A stretch of DNA of 6,588 nucleotides from a virus. The stretch is taken from positions 1 to 6,588 of the IMG/VR virus record IMGVR_UViG_3300020030_000300. The stretch is one strand, 5' to 3'. The stretch's first letter is position 1, and every line of letters begins with the position of its first letter. The translations under genes and the position numbers were made by a program. Below the pieces are notes generated by a model. The model ran no database searches. It saw only the letters and a list, made by a program, of their open reading frames with translations, and was not told where the DNA came from. Shown piece after piece: positions 1-3,701 of the stretch.

Positions 1-121
1 CTTGCGTGTTTCCGAATAATAGGAGATGGAAATGCGGGCGGAAATGGACAGGTCCGTATTCACCCGCAGCGTAGAAATGTATCTTTTCATTGCAACCGAG
101 TCTATTTAAGTTTATACGTAA
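1..121. repeat. Terminal direct repeat, copy 1. It is the assembly overlap of a circular 6,467-nt genome.
   Basis: Bases 1-121 (cttgcgtgtttccgaataatagg...tttatacgtaa) recur base for base at 6468-6588, exactly at the two window ends. The Rep reading frame passes through the join without interruption. Confidence 0.95.
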
Positions 122-697
122 TCTTTTTACATAATTTTGACAATCGTAATAGTTGAGTATAGGAAGTACAGCCATATCATCAGGTACATCAAATGGCGTC
201 TCAGGGGTCGTTTTCGATACAAGACGAAGTAAATCAGCAGGCACAGCAGTAGAAGTAAATTCAATGGGTTCTTTCCGCTTAGTCTCACGATTAAAAGGAA
301 TAGTTCCGTTAACTTGCTTGCAGAAAATCGTTTGATATTCCGAGGAGAACGCGGGACGCTGAGCCACAGCAGCACGCAGAGGCATGTATTTAAATTCAGT
401 ATCAGAAGAATAACGCAGCCCATCATTAGAATACACAATCTCGCCCGAAATCATTTCCTGAGTAGTCAAGGAAACGAGAGGCATGTGTTCATTGTCATAA
501 GTTAATGTCACGAAATAACAATATTTCCACTTAGATGCGGATTTTGCAATGCGAATAGAATTAATAGATGACTGTCGGGAAATGCAATACGCACAATGTC
601 CACAGCCAACAAGAATATCCTCGCCTGTAAAGCGGTTGCGAACAACCATAGGGTTCTCGCAATGAGATGCTTTGTTTATATAATCATCCAACTGCAT
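1..697 (-). CDS. Replication initiator VP4 (HUH rolling-circle endonuclease), 5' part. It covers codons 1-232 and continues across the circular join into 6467..5500.
   Basis: This ORF is absent from the supplied track because it runs off the window edge. Hand translation of the minus strand from the ATG at 697-695 (in-frame TAA upstream at 724-722) gives MQLDDYINKASHCENPMVVRNRFTGEDILVGCGHCAYCISRQ...KYCYFVTLTYDNEH...AAGEYGPVHFRPHFHLLLFGNTQ, with no stop down to base 1. It carries a CxxC pair, FVTLTYD (RCR motif I) and HFH followed by hydrophobic residues (HUH motif II, nt 26-34), as in microvirus Rep proteins. Confidence 0.9.
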   Translation of the reverse strand, partial: MQLDDYINKASHCENPMVVRNRFTGEDILVGCGHCAYCISRQSSINSIRIAKSASKWKYCYFVTLTYDNEHMPLVSLTTQEMISGEIVYSNDGLRYSSDTEFKYMPLRAAVAQRPAFSSEYQTIFCKQVNGTIPFNRETKRKEPIEFTSTAVPADLLRLVSKTTPETPFDVPDDMAVLPILNYYDCQNYVKRLRINLNRLGCNEKIHFYAAGEYGPVHFRPHFHLLLFGNTQ

Positions 698-707
698 ATA
701 AAAATGT

Positions 708-1016
708 TTAACGTTTGTCAATTACTTGATTTCGGTTTCGGTCAGAAAACGAAATATGAAAAAAATTATCATAAACGATAAATTGGTCAAAAGGTTTGAA
801 CTCGCGGAATTCATATACCTTTTCAAGCAAATTATTATACATAGCAGATGTAGGGGGATACGGCTTGAAGTCGATAGCTTCTCCTTTCAAATGCTGAGAA
901 TTGGGCACACCTCCGACTGTCTTGTTGTGTTCGGGAGTCCGAAAGGCAGACGTAATTGTGAAATGGCAATCTGACTGTAGCAAGAATGCCAAAAACTTCA
1001 TAAGATTCTCATTCAT
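708..1016 (-). CDS. Compact zinc D,D- or L,D-peptidase of the M15 family (Peptidase_M15_3 / VanY-like fold). It is a putative peptidoglycan hydrolase (endolysin).
   Basis: The 102-aa ORF contains FTITSAFRTPEHNKTVGGVPNSQHLKGEAIDF followed by FIVYDNFFHISFSDR. This matches the M15 signature (ITSGYR-x-P-x-HN-x-x-VGG-x-x-x-S-x-H-x-x-G-x-A-x-D ... H-[VI]) with H-x6-D plus a distal H as zinc ligands. No signal peptide is evident. Its stop lies 10 nt upstream of the VP4 ATG on the same strand. Confidence 0.85.
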   Translation of the reverse strand: MNENLMKFLAFLLQSDCHFTITSAFRTPEHNKTVGGVPNSQHLKGEAIDFKPYPPTSAMYNNLLEKVYEFREFKPFDQFIVYDNFFHISFSDRNRNQVIDKR

Positions 1017-1018
1017 GA

Positions 1019-1114
1019 CTAGGCAAGATTAGATAGTAATGATGTCAGTGCTGCCACAATAGCGGAAATTACCGCAGTAATCCAATTCGTTTTCTTGTTG
1101 TTTTCTGTACTCAT
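1019..1114 (-). CDS. 31-aa single-pass membrane mini-protein. It is a candidate holin-like or membrane-disrupting partner of the peptidase.
   Basis: This ORF is below the track's size cutoff. Hand translation gives ATG (1114-1112) MSTENNKKTNWITAVISAIVAALTSLLSNLA TAG (1021-1019). It has a polar, Lys-containing N-terminus followed by an uninterrupted hydrophobic stretch of about 20 residues. The stop lies 2 nt before the peptidase ATG (gcc tag tc atg), and this is the first ORF of the minus-strand block. Its size makes coding status uncertain. A competing 30-aa ORF in another frame (ATG at 1121, MPYEYRKQQENELDYCGNFRYCGSTDIITI) has no such features. Confidence 0.45.
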   Translation of the reverse strand: MSTENNKKTNWITAVISAIVAALTSLLSNLA

Positions 1115-1140
1115 AAGGCATATGTTTTAAAATTACTCTG

Positions 1141-1172
1141 CAAATGAAAGTGTTTTTTTTGATATATGCAAA
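1141..1172 (-). promoter_or_regulatory. Candidate Bacteroidetes-type promoter for the minus-strand gene block (imperfect -7 box)
   Basis: On the minus strand, TTTG (complement of 1169-1172) is followed by a 20-nt spacer and then TTcaTTTG (complement of 1141-1148). The Bacteroides consensus is -33 TTTG / -7 TAnnTTTG, so there is one mismatch in the TA. The box lies about 27 nt upstream of the 31-aa ORF start. No exact TAnnTTTG exists on this strand within the intergenic region. Confidence 0.25.
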
Positions 1173-1228
1173 GGAATCTACGGAAATTTTATTGTGTGAG
1201 TTGTCCGTACATAGACGAGGAAAGACCG

Positions 1229-1250
1229 TTTGCCATGCAGGGATGGCAAA
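1229..1250. other. Perfect 8-bp inverted repeat with a 6-nt spacer (hairpin I, or a protein-binding palindrome)
   Basis: TTTGCCAT (1229-1236), gcaggg, ATGGCAAA (1243-1250). Outer complementary segments ttgtccgta (1201-1209) and tacggagacaa (1255-1265, 2-nt bulge) could extend it to a structure of about 65 nt. Confidence 0.7.
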
Positions 1251-1311
1251 TCCTTACGGAGACAACTATGGGCTTCGCTTGATTAACACATGAATAGTTT
1301 TGTTGATGGCT

Positions 1312-1337
1312 GTTCTTTCTCTCTCGCGAGAAAGAAC
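1312..1337. other. Perfect 10-bp stem-loop (hairpin II)
   Basis: gttctttctc (1312-1321), loop tctcgc, gagaaagaac (1328-1337). The two arms are exact reverse complements. Confidence 0.75.
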
Positions 1338-1343
1338 CAAAGA

Positions 1344-1404
1344 GCGACCCCTTCTCTCATTTTTTATCGGCTACCGCCGACAGGACAGGGAGAGAGAGAG
1401 TCGC
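1344..1404. other. Extended imperfect stem-loop (hairpin III) with a pyrimidine arm, a GC apex hairpin and a (GA)n purine arm
   Basis: The apex is tcggc (1367-1371), tacc, gccga (1376-1380). A middle stem pairs tctctc (1353-1358) with gagaga (1390-1395), and a basal stem pairs gcgac (1344-1348) with gtcgc (1400-1404). The right arm contains gagagagagag (1390-1400), and the purine run continues to about 1430. Alternative pairing registers are possible because of the low complexity. Confidence 0.5.
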
Positions 1405-1451
1405 GGGGAGAGATGAGAGGCTGAAGAAGATTCTACGTTCGAAACTTCGAT

Positions 1452-1482
1452 TTGTTAAAGTTTTGTTAATTCTGTGGTGGAA
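1452..1482. repeat. Imperfect direct repeat, copy 1 (31 bp, ends in TGTGGTGGAA)
   Basis: ttgttaaagttttgttaattcTGTGGTGGAA matches 1492-1522 at 24 of 31 positions at an exact 40-bp offset. The terminal 10-mer is identical. Confidence 0.7.
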
Positions 1483-1514
1483 TTTGCATGATTGTAAGAT
1501 TTTGGTTATATTTG
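1483..1514 (+). promoter_or_regulatory. Bacteroidetes-type promoter (-33 TTTG / -7 TAnnTTTG) driving the plus-strand cassette
   Basis: TTTG at 1483-1486, a 20-nt spacer, then TATATTTG at 1507-1514 (exact TAnnTTTG). It is the only exact -7 match I found on the plus strand in the 1115-1565 gap. It lies about 50 nt upstream of the ATG at 1566, with an A-rich leader lacking a Shine-Dalgarno site, as is typical for Bacteroidota. Confidence 0.55.
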
Positions 1515-1522
1515 TGGTGGAA
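1492..1522. repeat. Imperfect direct repeat, copy 2. It overlaps the -7 box of the plus-strand promoter.
   Basis: ttgtaagattttggttatattTGTGGTGGAA matches copy 1 at 24 of 31 positions. It contains TAtaTTTG at 1507-1514. Confidence 0.7.
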
Positions 1523-1565
1523 AAAGAAAGATAAACACCATTAATAACCAAAAACATTACAAATC

Positions 1566-1841
1566 ATGGAAAAGAACAAAACTTACGAAGTATGGAGAAT
1601 GTTGGCTGAAAAGCCGAGTATGAATGAATGTATCCATTCGGGAAGAATTCGTGACTGCAAAAAATACCTCAGAGCAGTGGAAAGCGCGTATAGAGACCTC
1701 GGGTGGAAACTGATAGTTACGGACAGAACTTTAATAGCTCTGCCTACGATAGATGCGGGAGTAGAGTACATTTACGTTATTACTGAAAATGTATCGGGCG
1801 ATGTGGAATTTAAAATGCAAGGAGGAAATGGACATGTATGA
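1566..1841 (+). CDS. Hypothetical small protein A (91 aa), encoded opposite to all canonical phage genes
   Basis: MEKNKTYEVWRMLAEKPSMNECIHSGRIRDCKKYLRAVESAYRDLGWKLIVTDRTLIALPTIDAGVEYIYVITENVSGDVEFKMQGGNGHV. The composition is balanced between charged and hydrophobic residues, and first codon positions show a strong purine bias (RNY-like). A promoter lies upstream. The competing minus-strand ORFs here have almost no acidic residues and look like antisense artefacts. I do not recognise a family. Confidence 0.7.
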   Translation: MEKNKTYEVWRMLAEKPSMNECIHSGRIRDCKKYLRAVESAYRDLGWKLIVTDRTLIALPTIDAGVEYIYVITENVSGDVEFKMQGGNGHV

Positions 1842-2037
1842 AATTATATATGTTATGAATAGTTTAGAGTTCAACATGGGTGGGTTCAGAAGAATCAGAG
1901 ATGCAAGAGATGTTTTGAAGATGGTCAGAAATGAATACATTCGTGAGGGACAGAGGACTCTACTAGTAGGGAAAGATTGTTTGCATATAGTATCCGAAAA
2001 AAATGGAAATCGGAAATATGTAATCAGAAAAGTGTAA
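1834..2037 (+). CDS. Hypothetical small protein B (67 aa from the ATG at 1834), a possible distant paralog of protein A
   Basis: MYEIIYVMNSLEFNMGGFRRIRDARDVLKMVRNEYIREGQRTLLVGKDCLHIVSEKNGNRKYVIRKV. The ATG at 1834 overlaps the stop of ORF A (ATGTATGA, 8-nt overlap) and lies 8 nt after AGGAGG (1820-1825). Alternative in-frame starts at 1828 and 1789 (the track ORF) would give longer overlaps. It shares RIRD and identically spaced L, V, Y and G residues with ORF A. Confidence 0.65.
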   Translation: MYEIIYVMNSLEFNMGGFRRIRDARDVLKMVRNEYIREGQRTLLVGKDCLHIVSEKNGNRKYVIRKV

Positions 2038-2042
2038 AGGGA

Positions 2043-2074
2043 AAGGCATGCTGTCCTCACGGATGGCAAGCCTT
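2043..2074. terminator. Stem-loop between the convergent plus-strand cassette and VP2, a candidate bidirectional terminator
   Basis: aaggcatgctgtcc (2043-2056), loop tcac, ggatggcaagcctt (2061-2074). That is 14 stem positions with one A/A mismatch and two G-T(U) pairs in the plus sense; in the minus sense those two become A-C mismatches. It starts 6 nt after the ORF B stop and ends 18 nt before the VP2 stop. There is no clean T-run, so rho-independent function is uncertain. Confidence 0.5.
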
Positions 2075-2092
2075 AGATGAGATTATATAAAC

Positions 2093-3214
2093 TTAATAGC
2101 TCACTGTAGAGTCATAGTATCTTCGACCATGACGGGACGGGGCGTTGAATGAGCCTTGACCGTCATAGGTTGAATAGCTTCGAGAACCTGAACGGTAGAT
2201 ACCGTAACCGCCTATGGCGTTGCCAATACCTGTCGAGAACTGATTAAATCTCTGCATTCGGGCATTGCGGTCGAAATTTTTCATTTCCTTTTCAGTAATG
2301 CGAGTTTTGAAATAGTCTCGCTCATACTTATTCTTATACAATTGATTGAAATTCAGAATGTCAGTACGGGCTTCCTTAGCTGACAGGGAATTTGTTGCAA
2401 TTGTCGAAGAAATGATTGCAGCAGCGGTTTTTTCTGCAATCTCGTTGCTTATATTCTGACCTTTCGCACGGGCGTAGATTTCGGCAGTTTGAGCAATTTC
2501 GCGTGAGGCTTGAGCTTCAGTCAATGCGCCTGTCTTCACCATGTTCACGAGATTCTGAGCCTTAATCGCTAGATTTGCCTGATTGTCAGCATCTATATAC
2601 TTGTTCATGATACCTTGCGCGTCAGCTTGCAAGTTGGTAAGTGTTTCTTGTGCCTGCATGAGCTTCTGTGCATATTGCAGATTAAGAAACTCCTGTTTTT
2701 CCTTGCTTTGGTCAAGTTCTGCCATTTGGTAACCTCTTGACTTATTCCAATAGCCTGATTGACCTATGGCAAAATTCTTGTAATCAACATTACCGCCAAG
2801 CGTATAAGGCAGCCATTCATTCGTAATTTCCTGACCTTTCGCGCCCGCAATTGCCTTGCGGGCGTTTGCAAGATTGGCGAATGCCTGAGTAATGTCCGAA
2901 GCACCTTGGGCAAGGTTTATAGCAGGCTCAACAGTCGGGCCTTGCGAACCTTGCGGGAGGTTAGAAGATTGCCCAATTCCTGAACCGCCATCAAGTGCAT
3001 TATATGGGTTGAAACCTGCCTCTTCCATTCGGGCGCGCCAATTAATAGGCTTATTATACTCGTTCTGCATATTCCACATTTCCAATTGGAAATCGCGGTT
3101 TTTCTTGGCCTCGTTTGCGCCAAACAGACCGCCAAGAAATGACGAGCCAACAGAAGCAATACCATTAACTAGAGCACCCGCAGCGGGTTTCGCGAGAAAA
3201 GCACCGAGTCCCAT
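2093..3214 (-). CDS. Minor capsid / DNA pilot protein VP2 (373 aa)
   Basis: The Gly/Ala-rich hydrophobic N-terminus (MGLGAFLAKPAAGALVNGIASVGSSFLGGLFG) is followed by EMWNMQNEYNKPINWRARMEEAGFNPYNAL. That resembles the conserved N-x-P-x-x-Q/W-x-x-R-x-x-x-AG-[LF]-NP motif I recall from gokusho/alpavirus VP2. A long Q/A/N-rich helical middle follows. It sits immediately after VP3-like with a TAATG stop/start overlap at 3212-3216. Confidence 0.85.
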   Translation of the reverse strand: MGLGAFLAKPAAGALVNGIASVGSSFLGGLFGANEAKKNRDFQLEMWNMQNEYNKPINWRARMEEAGFNPYNALDGGSGIGQSSNLPQGSQGPTVEPAINLAQGASDITQAFANLANARKAIAGAKGQEITNEWLPYTLGGNVDYKNFAIGQSGYWNKSRGYQMAELDQSKEKQEFLNLQYAQKLMQAQETLTNLQADAQGIMNKYIDADNQANLAIKAQNLVNMVKTGALTEAQASREIAQTAEIYARAKGQNISNEIAEKTAAAIISSTIATNSLSAKEARTDILNFNQLYKNKYERDYFKTRITEKEMKNFDRNARMQRFNQFSTGIGNAIGGYGIYRSGSRSYSTYDGQGSFNAPSRHGRRYYDSTVSY

Positions 3215-3690
3215 TATTGAGCAGGAGCAGAAGCGGGCGCAGAGGCTTCTGATTGTTGTTGCTCAGATTCCTGAACAGCCTGTTCATACTGTTGCATAAG
3301 GTCTGCATGTTCATCGCGCAACCAATCCATAACTGCCTGACGTTCTGACATTGTTTGGCAATGACGGGAAATTACCATGTCGAAGCGTTGGTTATCTGTC
3401 AAGCTGTCTTGAATAGTTGATTGGGTTGGGTGCATGCTTGCTAAAAGTTCCTGATATAGGGGGTCTCCGAGTTTTTTACGAGTTTTCTCCTGATGAAGCA
3501 GGAAATAAGTCATGTCGAACTTGCGGAATGCGCCTGACGGGGTTTCTTCAAATGCAATTTGGTCATATGGAGACAGTTGACGCATAGGTTGTGGCTCACT
3601 AGTAACCGCAGTAATATCAGGTACTTCTGATGTCATGTTGTTGAATTTCTCGAATTGTTCGGGGGTTATTCCAAAAAAGCGTTTATTCAT
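3214..3690 (-). CDS. VP3-like protein (158 aa), a putative internal scaffolding protein
   Basis: The ORF sits between VP1 (11-nt gap) and VP2 (1-nt overlap), which is the expected position and size for a microvirus scaffold. It has an acidic, Q/E-rich C-terminal tail (QQYEQAVQESEQQQSEASAPASAPAQ). Function is assigned by synteny and size only, with no diagnostic motif recognised. Confidence 0.7.
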   Translation of the reverse strand: MNKRFFGITPEQFEKFNNMTSEVPDITAVTSEPQPMRQLSPYDQIAFEETPSGAFRKFDMTYFLLHQEKTRKKLGDPLYQELLASMHPTQSTIQDSLTDNQRFDMVISRHCQTMSERQAVMDWLRDEHADLMQQYEQAVQESEQQQSEASAPASAPAQ

Positions 3691-3701
3691 AATTTCTTAT
3701 A

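Noticed and set aside
127-438. Track ORFs 127-438 (-, 103 aa), 153-335 (+), 314-505 (+) and 596-781 (+)
   Set aside because: All lie inside the VP4 N-terminal coding region (697..1) in other frames or antisense. The products are low-complexity (L/C/I-rich or R/S-rich), and the true frame here carries the Rep motifs.
726-974. Plus-strand ORF of 82 aa antisense to the peptidase gene
   Set aside because: It is fully antisense to an ORF with a clear M15 signature. It has no promoter or motif support, so it is a typical shadow ORF.
1201-1265. Possible tRNA or small structured RNA gene at the extended hairpin I
   Set aside because: It is only about 65 nt. It has no cloverleaf, and the would-be T-arm has a 4-5 bp stem with a 5-nt loop and no TTCGA-type loop. 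A simple stem-loop explains it better.
1144-1293. Plus-strand 49-aa ORF (MKVFFLIYAKESTEILLCELSVHRRGKTVCHAGMANPYGDNYGLRLINT) spanning hairpin I
   Set aside because: It is short, has no promoter upstream on that strand, overlaps the candidate minus-strand promoter, and its frame is dictated by the palindrome. I cannot support it as coding.
1390-1400. (GA)n and other short repeats considered as a CRISPR array or mobile-element ends
   Set aside because: This is a simple dinucleotide run of 11 nt. There is no repeat-spacer periodicity, no terminal inverted repeats flanking a transposase and no integrase anywhere in the genome.
1540-1548. ATTAATAAC, identical to the core of the phiX174 viral-strand origin (CAACTTGATATTAATAAC)
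   Set aside because: It is an A/T-rich 9-mer with an appreciable chance expectation (about 0.05 in this genome). It lacks the CAACTTG nick context. It also lies on the plus strand of the window, which is the complement of the presumed packaged strand and so the wrong strand for Rep nicking.
1357-1557. Minus-strand ORF of 66 aa in the intergenic region
   Set aside because: It reads through the (GA)n/(CT)n low-complexity tract (SLSSLPATLSLPVLS). It starts back to back with ORF A on top of the plus-strand promoter and repeats. It has no start context or motif.
1731-2069. Minus-strand ORFs 1731-2069 (112 aa) and 1583-1771 (62 aa), which would keep all genes on one strand
   Set aside because: I considered them seriously because microviruses are normally unidirectional. 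The 112-aa product has a single Asp and no Glu, the 62-aa product has a single Glu and no Asp, and both are dominated by S/F/L/I/Y. That is the pattern expected from reading a K/E/R/N-rich gene backwards. The plus frames show RNY bias, a promoter, a terminator and mutual similarity.
2892-3299. Plus-strand ORF of 135 aa, together with 2759-2983 (+) and 2917-3165 (-), overlapping VP2 and VP3-like
   Set aside because: These are antisense or off-frame shadows of well-supported genes. The products are P/R/A/S-rich with no start signals or promoter.
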